Shown piece by piece: positions 36,905-46,005 of a DNA stretch of 46,073 nucleotides (positions within the stretch are counted from its first letter, which is position 1; the number at the start of each line of letters is the position of its first letter). Under the pieces are notes generated by a model. It searched no databases and was not told the origin of the DNA. It saw only the letters and a program-made list of their open reading frames with translations. Position numbers and translations under genes: made by a program. Source of the DNA: Ignavibacteriota bacterium (GTDB lineage: Bacteria > Bacteroidota > Ignavibacteria > UBA10030 > UBA6906). The stretch is taken from assembly GCA_003162635.1 (NCBI GenBank), contig PMNE01000109.1:10719-56791 (forward strand). Reading direction: 5' to 3'.

Positions 36905-37404
36905 CGTTTCTGCAAACTCCGGAGATGCGAAATGATCAGCCAACGCTCGCGCTGTGTGGTGTTTTCATCCTGCGGGGGCATGATGCGGACGCCGTTTCGG
37001 ATGACATAATAGATGTATCCGTCGGGCGCCTTAATCTCCTTGCTCGTCGTAAGATCGGGCGGAGTCTGAAACTTGGCGGCGACGGGACCATCCCCTTTCG
37101 CCCCGAGGCCGTGGCACGGGAAGCAATACGTCTCGAACAGGAGCCGCGCGGTATCCGCCGATGCCCGGGAGAACGTGAAAGGATTCTTCAGCGCCGCAGC
37201 GCTGAGGGAATCGCGCACAGGAATCTCCTCCCCTTTCGTCTGTACCGTTCCTTCCGCGGGCGGACGAGGGTTCGCATTGTGCCGGAACGAGGGCTGTGTG
37301 TACATGTCCGTGCGCAGCTGGTACCTGTCGTCCGGATTGTTGCCGCACCCGGCGAGATAAGACAATGCCACGGAGGAGAGGAGAAGAACAAGACGTGGGG
37401 TCAT
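36901..37404 (-). CDS. actE: ActE monoheme cytochrome c lipoprotein
   Basis: Lipobox LAGC, DMYTQP, CFPCHG, IMP axial Met, 'ERW...LRSLQ'. Confidence 0.9.
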   Translation of the reverse strand: MTPRLVLLLSSVALSYLAGCGNNPDDRYQLRTDMYTQPSFRHNANPRPPAEGTVQTKGEEIPVRDSLSAAALKNPFTFSRASADTARLLFETYCFPCHGLGAKGDGPVAAKFQTPPDLTTSKEIKAPDGYIYYVIRNGVRIMPPQDENTTQRERWLIISHLRSLQKR

Positions 37405-37916
37405 CGGAGTATGCGCCGAATATCGATTGCGCCCGTCGTTTTAAGCAGCCGTGCGAGTCTCTCGAACTCCTCCGGTGCGCACCGCACCTGGATGCCGAAA
37501 TGGTCGGAGGAGATCCTCTCGTCATACCCCGGCGTAAGGTTCCATTGCGGCAGGCGCGTATTGGCGAAGAGGCCGACGATCGTCGCGAGGGCGCCGAAGA
37601 GGATCGTGCAAATGTACGCCACGACGCCGAACGGCGGAATGGAGAGGAGCGGTTTCCCCCCGACGTGGAGGGAGAAATTCCCCAGCGGTCCGATCGTGAT
37701 CCCCCAACCGATGGCAAGTCCGAGAAGTCCGCCGACGAGCGTGAAGACCCGGACGGGGCTGCGCTTTCCCCCGAGAGCTGCCGTGATGTCGTGGTGCGGC
37801 ACAGGCGAAAACACCTGGAACTCCGACATCCCCTCCCCTTTCAATGCCCTGATCCCCGCAACAAGATCATCCACGTGGCGGTACACGGAGAAGAGGTACG
37901 GTCCGGTTGCATTCAT
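37401..37916 (-). CDS. actD: ActD (DUF3341)
   Basis: FSPVPHH, two TMs, VGGKP, YDERISSDHF. Confidence 0.9.
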   Translation of the reverse strand: MNATGPYLFSVYRHVDDLVAGIRALKGEGMSEFQVFSPVPHHDITAALGGKRSPVRVFTLVGGLLGLAIGWGITIGPLGNFSLHVGGKPLLSIPPFGVVAYICTILFGALATIVGLFANTRLPQWNLTPGYDERISSDHFGIQVRCAPEEFERLARLLKTTGAIDIRRILR

Positions 37917-37919
37917 GTG

Positions 37920-39260
37920 TCAGCCCCTCTCCTTCAGCGGTGGCGGCAACTGTTCCTTCACCTCCCACATGGACACCGCCGGGAGCACTTTGACGAAAAT
38001 CATGAAGAGGAAAAAGAACCACGCAAAACTCCCGATGACGATCATGGAGTCCGTCAACGTCGGGTGGTACAACCCCCAGGCAGAGGGAAGGTAATCATGC
38101 GCAAGAGATGTGACAATGATGACGAACCGCTCGAGCCACATGCCGATTTCCACGCTGATGCAGATCACGACGAGGCACGGAATGCTTGTTCGTATTTTCT
38201 TCGACCAGAGCAGCAGGGGGACAAAGACGTTCGTGGTGATCAACAGCCAGAACGCCCAGGCGTACTCTCCCACCATACGATAAAGGAAGATCGCCTTCTC
38301 ATATTTCTCGTTTCCGTACCAAGCCGCAAAGAACTCCACCATGTACGCAAATCCGACCACGAGGGCGGTGAAAACGATGAACTTCGCGAGACTCTCCAGG
38401 TGATGCATCGTAATATACTTCTCGATGCCGAATGATCGCCGAAGGGGGATGAGAAGAAGAACCACCATGGCGAGTCCCGAATGGATCGCCCCCGCAACGA
38501 AGTACGGTGCGAAAATCGTGCTGTGCCACCCCGGAATGATGCTCATCGCAAAATCCCAGGAGACGATGCTGTGGACGGAAATGACCAGAGGAGTCGCCAG
38601 CGCCGCAAGGAACACATAGGCCGCCGTGTAGTGCTTCCATTGCGTGTCCGTCCCCTGCCACCCCTGTGCGAGAAAACCATACACCTTCTTTCTCCACCCC
38701 TTCACCCTGTCGCGAACGATAGCCAGGTCGGGAAGCATCCCCACGAGAAAAAAGGTGCTGCTGACGGTCATATACGTCGTGATGGCAAGGACGTCCCACG
38801 CCAGCGGTGATCGAAAATTCGGCCACAGTCCGTCGAAATTCGGAACCGGAAGTATCCAGTGCGCAACCCAGACCCTGCCAAGGTGGATGAACGGGAAGAG
38901 TCCGGCCGTCATCAGTCCGAAAACGGTCACTGCTTCCGCGCTCCGGTAGACCGCAGCCCGCCACCGTACGCGGACGAGGAAGAGAATCGCCGAGATGAGC
39001 GTTCCCGAGTGCGCAATACCGACCCAGTACACGAATGTGGTGATGTACATGGCCCAGCCCACGGGACTGTTCTTTCCCGCCAGCCCGATCCCGGTTTGGA
39101 TCTGCATCCACCACGCCCACCCTCCCGCCATCACGAGAAGGAAGAGAACGGTGAGGAGCGCCCAGTACAGCCGACCCGCCGGGCGCATCGTCTTCATCAG
39201 ATCGATATCGGTGTCGCTATACGTAAGCTTGTATTCCATGCCTGCCCGATCCGTTGTCAC
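37920..39260 (-). CDS. actC: ActC quinol-oxidising NrfD/PsrC-family subunit
   Basis: YITTFVYWVGIAHSGTLISAIL, HLGRVW, NFRSPLAWD, VISVHSIVSWDFA, GWHSTIFAPYFVAGAI; GTGA coupling. Confidence 0.95.
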   Translation of the reverse strand: MTTDRAGMEYKLTYSDTDIDLMKTMRPAGRLYWALLTVLFLLVMAGGWAWWMQIQTGIGLAGKNSPVGWAMYITTFVYWVGIAHSGTLISAILFLVRVRWRAAVYRSAEAVTVFGLMTAGLFPFIHLGRVWVAHWILPVPNFDGLWPNFRSPLAWDVLAITTYMTVSSTFFLVGMLPDLAIVRDRVKGWRKKVYGFLAQGWQGTDTQWKHYTAAYVFLAALATPLVISVHSIVSWDFAMSIIPGWHSTIFAPYFVAGAIHSGLAMVVLLLIPLRRSFGIEKYITMHHLESLAKFIVFTALVVGFAYMVEFFAAWYGNEKYEKAIFLYRMVGEYAWAFWLLITTNVFVPLLLWSKKIRTSIPCLVVICISVEIGMWLERFVIIVTSLAHDYLPSAWGLYHPTLTDSMIVIGSFAWFFFLFMIFVKVLPAVSMWEVKEQLPPPLKERG

Positions 39261-42208
39261 GCGGTGATCCTCTTCAGGTACGTCACTGCCGGACGGGTGT
39301 TCAACTCCTCCAGCATGTGGTATGGTCTTGGCTCCCTTTCTTCCGTGAGCTTGCTGACCTGGCTCTCCGGGTCCTTCAGGTCTCCAAACGTGATGGCCTG
39401 GGCGGGGCACGCCTGTTGGCAGGCGGGCGCGATCTCACCGTCCACCAGTTCACGGTGCTCCATCCGCGCAGTGTTCTTTCCCTCCACGATGCGCTGGACG
39501 CAAAAAGTGCATTTCTCCATCACGCCCTTTGTTCGCACAGTCACATCGGGATTGAGCTGCCAGTTGAGCGGCTCCGGGATGTCGTGATCGAACCAGTTGA
39601 ACCGCCGGACCTTGTACGGACAGTTATTTGCGCAGTAGCGGGTTCCAATGCAGCGGTTATAGACCTGGCCGTTCAACCCCTCGTCGGTATGATAGGCCGC
39701 GTACACCGGGCAGACGGTCTCACACGGCGCAGCTCCGCATTGCTGGCACAGGACAGGAATGAAACCAGCCTTCGCCGGCTCCCGTTCTGCTCCGGTGGCA
39801 GCTTTGTCGGCGTAATACCGGTCGATTCGGATCCACGCCATCTCCCGCCCGTTCATCACCTCCTGCTTGCCGACCACCGGGACATTGTTCTCGGCATAGC
39901 ATGCCGTTACGCACGCACTGCACCCCGTGCACTTGTCGACGTCGATCGCCATGCCCCAGTGGTGCTTCAGATATTCCTGCGGCGGGTAAAGCGAAGGTGC
40001 ATTGACAGGCGCCGCTTCTCCCCCTCGTACCAGTGCAGCCAGTGGAATTTCCTGTATGATTTCCCGGTCGAATTCTGATTCCGCTTCCTGCACTGAGGCG
40101 AGGGCAATCTTTCCGGGGAGCTTCACAAGCTCTACCTTCGTCCCACACCACAGCACGCCTCCCGATCCATCCGCAGACGGTTTCGGATCCAGCAGCGCGG
40201 TGACATTCACCCCTACGCCGTTCGCGTACCTCCCGTAAGAAGTATGTCCCTGTCCGATCGGAATGGCAACGCAACCGACCCTCAACCCGCGCTTGATGTA
40301 GGCAGGCAGTTCACAGCGTGCATACGGGGAAGAGACCTGAATCCGATCGCCGTTCGTCACCCCAAGCCGGACAGCGTCATCGGGGCTGAGTTCGATCCAG
40401 GAGCCCCAGACAAGCCGTGTGATCGGATCGGGCATCTCCTGCAGCCAGGGCTTATTTGCGCCCCGACCGTCATAGTGAGCAATCGAGGGAGAGGAAAGCA
40501 ACGTGAAGGTCTTGCCCGAAAGGGGCGGGGCATCCTTCGGTCCGCAAAGGTCGGTTGCCGCAAGAGTTCGCGCAAGCCGCACCTGCTGCGGGGGAAGCGT
40601 TTCCCACGCGCCGCCCCGGGCCAGAGATTCCACCCAAAACTCTTCGAACGTTTTCCCTTTCCCACACCGGGCATGAATTGTTTTCCACCGCTCCATGACG
40701 TACACGTGGAAATCGGGTGCGGCAAACGAGCCTGCCCGGCCGAGCCGGCGTCCGGTGTGCAGCAGGATATCCCCCAGCATCTTCGTCCCAAAAACCGGCT
40801 GCATCGCAGGTTGCATCACGCCATGCACCCCTTCCCGGGGTTCATAGTCGCCCCACGATTCAAGGGGGGTGTGGATCGGCAGGACGAGAGTCGCAAGGGA
40901 AGCCGTCTCGTCCATCACGCTGGTACACGCAACGATGAACGGTACCTTCGCCAGAGCCGCCGCGATCCCCGATGATGAGGGGATCGTGAAGACAGGATTC
41001 ACCTCGGAGAGGAAGAGTGCAGGCACCTGATTCCGTTCCATCTGTCGAAGTAGTCGATCCATGTCGGCATAGGTGTTCAGCGTTCCAGGGCTTTCCGCTC
41101 CCTCGAACCGGATCGAGCGGCCGACGTTGCCGCAGACATAGTTCAGAAGATTCACCGCGGCCGCCGTTTGCGCTCCGAACTCCCCTTCGATCACCGCTCC
41201 CCCAGCAATGGCGAGGCTGGACGGCGACTTTGCGAACGCCCGTCCGAGTTCCACGATACGGTCAACTGTCAGCCCGGTTGGCCACGACATCTGCTCAGGT
41301 CCGAATCCTTCTACCAGAGCACTGATACGTGTCGTCTCGGCGACGGAAAGGCGCGAGAGGCCTTCCCCGACCACGACGGAAACAAAGGCAAGTGCCAGGT
41401 TGCCCAGCATATCCGGATGCACATCCACCCACGCATCCGCATTGGCCGCGGTCATGGAAAGCCGCGGGCCGAAATACGCCAGCGTGTTTCGCCTTCCCGA
41501 TTCTCCGAATCCTCTCTCCCCGGCGAATCCCCGTGCAAAGGCGACGGGAGAGAGCCATGTTTCCAGAAAATCCGTGCCAAACGAGTAGATCGTATCGACG
41601 CCTGCAAACTCGTAGACTGGAACAGTGGCGGCACCAAACACCCGCTCGTTCCCTTTCTTCAGCGCCTCGTGCCCGAACGGTTCGTACATCAGGAGATTCT
41701 TCGAACCGACGGAGGCAAGCCATTCCCCCAGCAGCGCACGGAGACTCCCTGTCTGAAGTGAACTGATCCATACGACATCCCTCCCCTTCCCCTGACGGAG
41801 AGTCTCCTGGAGATGCGACAGCACAACGTCCTCCGCTTTCTCCCATGTCGCCGGTTCCCATCCTCCGGTCGCCGTCCGTAAGAGAGGCGTCTGGATTCTG
41901 TCCGGATGGTAGAGCCCCTGCAGTGATGCCTGACCGCGGGCGCACAACGCTCCATGGTTGACGGGGTGCAGAGGATTCCCTTCCGCCTTCGTCGCCCGTC
42001 CTTCGCGGACCCGGATGTTCACACCGCAACCCGCGGGACATTCCCTGCATACGCTCGCGTACCACACCGACTTCCCCGGTATGATCTCTTCGTGAGGGAT
42101 GATATACGGGATCAGGCTCTTCGGCGCCTTCGGTGTGCATCCCGGGAGGGTCGTCGCAACCGTCGTGGCGCCAATGATCTTGAGGAAGTCCCTACGCTTC
42201 AGGTCCAT
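39257..42208 (-). CDS. actB: ActB: Tat lipoprotein with molybdopterin-oxidoreductase-like domain and Fe-S domain
   Basis: KRRDFLK + TLPGC; DGRGANKPWLQEMPDP; CTGCSACVTAC, CQQC..PCETVCP, CIGTRYCANNCP (3Fe-4S type), RTKGVMEKCTFC, ACQQACP. Confidence 0.93.
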   Translation of the reverse strand: MDLKRRDFLKIIGATTVATTLPGCTPKAPKSLIPYIIPHEEIIPGKSVWYASVCRECPAGCGVNIRVREGRATKAEGNPLHPVNHGALCARGQASLQGLYHPDRIQTPLLRTATGGWEPATWEKAEDVVLSHLQETLRQGKGRDVVWISSLQTGSLRALLGEWLASVGSKNLLMYEPFGHEALKKGNERVFGAATVPVYEFAGVDTIYSFGTDFLETWLSPVAFARGFAGERGFGESGRRNTLAYFGPRLSMTAANADAWVDVHPDMLGNLALAFVSVVVGEGLSRLSVAETTRISALVEGFGPEQMSWPTGLTVDRIVELGRAFAKSPSSLAIAGGAVIEGEFGAQTAAAVNLLNYVCGNVGRSIRFEGAESPGTLNTYADMDRLLRQMERNQVPALFLSEVNPVFTIPSSSGIAAALAKVPFIVACTSVMDETASLATLVLPIHTPLESWGDYEPREGVHGVMQPAMQPVFGTKMLGDILLHTGRRLGRAGSFAAPDFHVYVMERWKTIHARCGKGKTFEEFWVESLARGGAWETLPPQQVRLARTLAATDLCGPKDAPPLSGKTFTLLSSPSIAHYDGRGANKPWLQEMPDPITRLVWGSWIELSPDDAVRLGVTNGDRIQVSSPYARCELPAYIKRGLRVGCVAIPIGQGHTSYGRYANGVGVNVTALLDPKPSADGSGGVLWCGTKVELVKLPGKIALASVQEAESEFDREIIQEIPLAALVRGGEAAPVNAPSLYPPQEYLKHHWGMAIDVDKCTGCSACVTACYAENNVPVVGKQEVMNGREMAWIRIDRYYADKAATGAEREPAKAGFIPVLCQQCGAAPCETVCPVYAAYHTDEGLNGQVYNRCIGTRYCANNCPYKVRRFNWFDHDIPEPLNWQLNPDVTVRTKGVMEKCTFCVQRIVEGKNTARMEHRELVDGEIAPACQQACPAQAITFGDLKDPESQVSKLTEEREPRPYHMLEELNTRPAVTYLKRITA

Positions 42209-42551
42209 CGTTCACGAGCTGTTTGATGTGAGTGGCCAGCCGAGTGTAGTGTCTTGACCGCTGGTGAAAAGAGATCCCGAATGCCACCGTCGCCGTAAGC
42301 CATGGAATCAGCACAGCCGCGCTGCGAAGGAACGATCCTCCCGCCACGTGCCCCTTGCCGAGCAGCACGTCGTACAGGAGAAACACGTCGACGAGTCCCA
42401 GAGCAGCGAGCGATCCGTACATCGCCTGGCGATAGCGGCGGGCAATGTTCCGGCAATAGGCCGCCTGCCTGGCCGGAGAACTTTCCTGCACGGCCAGCGG
42501 CAGATCCCACCGCGAGATATGTCGTCCGGCATCGTGGATGGTGGCGGCCAT
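42192..42551 (-). CDS. Hypothetical 2-TM protein between actA and actB (119 aa)
   Basis: ATG 4 nt after the actA stop; two hydrophobic helices; stop overlaps the actB start by 17 nt. Confidence 0.6.
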   Translation of the reverse strand: MAATIHDAGRHISRWDLPLAVQESSPARQAAYCRNIARRYRQAMYGSLAALGLVDVFLLYDVLLGKGHVAGGSFLRSAAVLIPWLTATVAFGISFHQRSRHYTRLATHIKQLVNDGPEA

Positions 42552-42555
42552 GATC

Positions 42556-43074
42556 TCACCGATGGCAAGTGTAACAATCGACCGGGGCGGCATGCTGGCG
42601 ATGACAGTCAACGCAGAAAGCCATGTCCGCAAGATTGACGGCCGGCCGGACTTCCGCCATGGCCTGGATCTCGCCGTGGCATTTCTGGCAGGGGATCATT
42701 TTGGCCACGTGGGGGTAGTGATTAAAGTAGACGAAATCGCCGATCACGTTCACCCGCATCCATGGGATCGGTTGGTTCTTCTGGAAGGCATCACGAAGCC
42801 GGATAATCTCGGGCCTGTTCGCTGCAACAAGCTGGTGGCATCCCATGCAAAGGCGTTCCGAGGGAATACCCGCCGCAGTTCCCCTCCGGACGCCGCCGTG
42901 GCAATACTGGCATTGGATTTTATTGTCCCCGGCGTGGATCTTGTGGCTGAATGCAATCGGCTGCCGCGCCCCGGTGTCGGGACGGTTGCAGCCATTCATC
43001 ACCAGCGTGACGGAGAATCCGAAGAACGCGGCAAGAGCGAAGCGAACAACCGAATGGAGCCGCGGCGTCATCAT
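42556..43074 (-). CDS. actA: ActA pentaheme cytochrome c
   Basis: QPIAFSHKIHAG, CQYCH, CMGCH, FNH, CQKCH, CVDCH, CYTCH; hydrophobic N-terminus ending MNGC. Confidence 0.9.
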   Translation of the reverse strand: MMTPRLHSVVRFALAAFFGFSVTLVMNGCNRPDTGARQPIAFSHKIHAGDNKIQCQYCHGGVRRGTAAGIPSERLCMGCHQLVAANRPEIIRLRDAFQKNQPIPWMRVNVIGDFVYFNHYPHVAKMIPCQKCHGEIQAMAEVRPAVNLADMAFCVDCHRQHAAPVDCYTCHR

Positions 43075-43748
43075 GGCGGTTTCTTTCTGAGCGCTTCCAA
43101 TTCCGCCGCGCTCCACGGCGCCCGCACGGCATGCTGCTTCCGCACGGAATCGACCTGGGCAGCCGTCACCGCTCCTCCCTTGTTCCCCCACGCCGAACGA
43201 ACATGGGTAAGAACGGCAGCGATTTCATCGCTCGACAATTTGTCGTGGAACTGGGGCATTTTATTGTCGAACGTCTTTCCCTTCACTCCAATCTCGCCCT
43301 GCAATCCGTAGAGAAGTATCCTGATCGGAGTTTCGCCGTCTTGCAGAAGCCATTCCGACGCCACGAGCGGCGGGTATTGACCGGGAATGCCGAGTCCGCT
43401 CGCCTGGTGGCACGCCTGGCAGACCCCTGCAAAGACGACATCACCCTTCACCTCCGTCTTCACCGGACCGGAAGCCGCAACACCGGGGTCTTCCACCTCG
43501 TGCGCAACGGCGCTGAAACTACCTCCGTATCTCCCAAGATAGAACCCCATGATAAACAGGAGCAATACGCTTGCAGTCCACACCCACCACGGCGTCGGTT
43601 CAAACCCCTCTCCCGGTTCCTCCTTTTCCCGTCCGACGACATTCATATGAATGCGCTGAACATCCGTCTCCTCCCCCCTTTCGTCGGTGAAGTCCTTGCC
43701 GCGAGGCGGAGTCGGGGGGGGGCTATCTCCTTGTTTTTGCTGTGTCAT
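43071..43748 (-). CDS. Membrane-anchored monoheme cytochrome c (CcoP-position protein)
   Basis: EPTPWW + one TM, CQACH, YPPL, KMP axial Met, 'IAAVLTHVRSAWGN'. Confidence 0.85.
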   Translation of the reverse strand: MTQQKQGDSPPPTPPRGKDFTDERGEETDVQRIHMNVVGREKEEPGEGFEPTPWWVWTASVLLLFIMGFYLGRYGGSFSAVAHEVEDPGVAASGPVKTEVKGDVVFAGVCQACHQASGLGIPGQYPPLVASEWLLQDGETPIRILLYGLQGEIGVKGKTFDNKMPQFHDKLSSDEIAAVLTHVRSAWGNKGGAVTAAQVDSVRKQHAVRAPWSAAELEALRKKPP

Positions 43749-44340
43749 CGGAAGCGGCACCCTGGCTGACAGGATATGTATGGTTCAGACTCAAGAGATA
43801 CGCGACGAGTGCCTTCGCTTCTGCCGTGGGCACCACCACTTTCCTCGCGGGCGCGAGCGAATCGGGCAGCACGAGCGCTTCTTCACCCGGACCCGCCGTT
43901 GGTTTCTCCTCGAACAGCCACGGATGCGGAGGCATGATGGAGCCCTTTGTCACGAGCCGCGGATTATAGAGGTGCAGCAAATGCCACTCCTCGCTCGTTT
44001 GCCTGGCACCGATATTAAAGAGGTCCGGTCCCGTCCGCATCGTTCCGAGCAAATGGGGTTTGTCGTACAGGTAGTCTGCGGGAACCGACGGACGCCCCCA
44101 GAAGCGGGCTTGATCCGCGCCGAATCCCTCGGGACGAACCTGCTGGCTGTGGCAGTACAGACATCCCTCCCGCACATAGATGCTGCGGCCATACAGTTGC
44201 TCGGCCGTGTAGCGCTTGAGTTCCGGCGGCGCCTCGATCCTGGCGAGCATCATGTCGGGGACGCCGACGATGCCGATCCACCCGAGGGCGAATGCTGCGA
44301 GGACTCCGAGGAAGAACACGAAGGAACGGATGAACATCAT
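43723..44340 (-). CDS. ccoO: cbb3-type oxidase subunit II
   Basis: GRSIYVREGCLYCHSQQVRP, GTMRTGPDL, HLYNPR, SIMP. Confidence 0.94.
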   Translation of the reverse strand: MMFIRSFVFFLGVLAAFALGWIGIVGVPDMMLARIEAPPELKRYTAEQLYGRSIYVREGCLYCHSQQVRPEGFGADQARFWGRPSVPADYLYDKPHLLGTMRTGPDLFNIGARQTSEEWHLLHLYNPRLVTKGSIMPPHPWLFEEKPTAGPGEEALVLPDSLAPARKVVVPTAEAKALVAYLLSLNHTYPVSQGAASDDTAKTRR

Positions 44341-45800
44341 GGGGCCGCCACCTCCTCCGCCTTCCGGAACCATACAGGCGCGAACCTTTTGGGTCCGGCT
44401 CTATGGATCACCAGAAGAAAGTGGTAGGCGAAGACGCAATGACCGATTGTCATCAGGGTTCCTCCGACCGCTCTTCCCCACAAGTACGGCTTCGTGAGAT
44501 TCACCGTATCGATGAAGGGGATTGAAGGAGTATTCATCGCCAAACCCTGAAGCCATCCCCCCAGCGTCAACGACAGGAAATAGATCGCGATCCCGGCGGC
44601 ACTCAACCAGAAGTGAACCTTAATCAGATTCGGATACGGCCATTCCCATTTGGCGATACGTGGCATGATGTAATACACCGCGCCAAAGAGGACCATGGTG
44701 ACGAAGGCGTACATGCCGAGGTGGGCATGGCCCACCGTATAGTGGGTGAAATGGGCCACTTCCTGAACGGAGCGCGTCGCTTCGAGCGATCCCTGAAAAC
44801 TTGTGGCGGTGTAGGACATTGCACCGAAAACCACAAACCGGAGGGTCGGACTGTACCGTATCATGCTGAGGTGTCCCAGGGCGGTCATGTGATGGTTCAC
44901 GGCAACCGCAAGCACGGGAACGAACATCATCAAGCTGGCGACGATCGAGACGGAAATCGCCCACGTCGGGAGAGGTCCCCCTACCAGGTGGTGCAATCCG
45001 TTCCAATTGTAGAAGAGGGCGAAAGACCAGAACCCGAGCAGGCCGAGGTAATAACTGTAGATCGGTCTTCCGATGACCTTGGGGATGAAGTAGTAGGCGC
45101 CCGCAAGACCGATGGGAGTGAACCACACCGTTATGGCGTTGTGCCCGTACCACCAGTTCATTGCCGCCTCCCCCACCCCTTGGTAAAGGCCTGCGTTGGC
45201 GATCACGTAGAGAAGCGGGAACCAGGTCAGCGAAGCGAGAATATACCAAAGACTCACATACACGTGTTCCACCTGCCGTGCTGCGAACGTCCTGAACATT
45301 GACAGGGCGAAGAGAATAAATGCAAGAGCAATGACGGCGGCGGCGGGAAGAGGGAATTCGAGCCATTCCATTCCCCCGCTGTAACCGAGAATCACAAGGG
45401 CGGAGCCGAGGAAAAGACCGATATTCCATAAGATCGCCGATAGGAAGAGAAGCGCCGTCCAGCGTATGTGAGTCCTGCACAGGCGTCCCATCAGCCAGAC
45501 GATCATCCCGCTCCCGGCAAGGGAGATCCAACCGTATGTCACTGCGTTGAGGTGAACCGGCCGTAGTCGGCCGAAGGTGATGGGTCCCGCTCCTCCAAGC
45601 CAATCGGGGAGATCGAGCTTCACCGAGGCAATCAACCCCATGAGGGAACCAATCAGGAGCCAGGCGACGCCAGATGCGAGAAAGAGGACCGTAGGACTTG
45701 CGGCCGAATCATCGATGCCAATCCGCGTCAGTTCGTCACTGAGACGTTGGTCCGCTGCGATGGTCCGGGAGACCTGCCTCTCAGCCGGAGGTCTGCTCAT
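44337..45800 (-). CDS. ccoN: cbb3-type (C-family) oxidase subunit I, divergent subtype
   Basis: FGRLRPVHLN, EWLE, WWYGHNA, YYFIPK, FYNWNGLHH, GHAHLG. Confidence 0.93.
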   Translation of the reverse strand: MSRPPAERQVSRTIAADQRLSDELTRIGIDDSAASPTVLFLASGVAWLLIGSLMGLIASVKLDLPDWLGGAGPITFGRLRPVHLNAVTYGWISLAGSGMIVWLMGRLCRTHIRWTALLFLSAILWNIGLFLGSALVILGYSGGMEWLEFPLPAAAVIALAFILFALSMFRTFAARQVEHVYVSLWYILASLTWFPLLYVIANAGLYQGVGEAAMNWWYGHNAITVWFTPIGLAGAYYFIPKVIGRPIYSYYLGLLGFWSFALFYNWNGLHHLVGGPLPTWAISVSIVASLMMFVPVLAVAVNHHMTALGHLSMIRYSPTLRFVVFGAMSYTATSFQGSLEATRSVQEVAHFTHYTVGHAHLGMYAFVTMVLFGAVYYIMPRIAKWEWPYPNLIKVHFWLSAAGIAIYFLSLTLGGWLQGLAMNTPSIPFIDTVNLTKPYLWGRAVGGTLMTIGHCVFAYHFLLVIHRAGPKRFAPVWFRKAEEVAAP

Positions 45801-46005
45801 CGTTCTGCAACCCTGGTTTCTTGAACAATTGGTCCGTGGGTTTCCCTACATGCTCCACGCTGTCGAAGATGACGGAGGCACCTTCATTCAATTGCTTCAC
45901 AGAGAATTGTTTCGTGCGAAGAGCCCAGAAAAAAGCGGCAAGGGCAAGAGAAGCACCGACGATGGCAACGATCACGATGACGAGGAGAGCAGGAAGGAGC
46001 GTCAT
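45781..46005 (-). CDS. ccoS: cbb3 oxidase maturation protein CcoS/FixS
   Basis: Single TM followed by FFWALRTKQF...GASVIFD. Confidence 0.8.
   Translation of the reverse strand: MTLLPALLVIVIVAIVGASLALAAFFWALRTKQFSVKQLNEGASVIFDSVEHVGKPTDQLFKKPGLQNDEQTSG

Noticed and set aside
39257-42208. ActB as a catalytic nitrate/polysulfide/formate molybdoenzyme
   Set aside because: The fused Fe-S domain with CIGTRYC and the complete actA/C/D/E/F context identify ACIII; catalytic Mo binding cannot be supported from sequence alone
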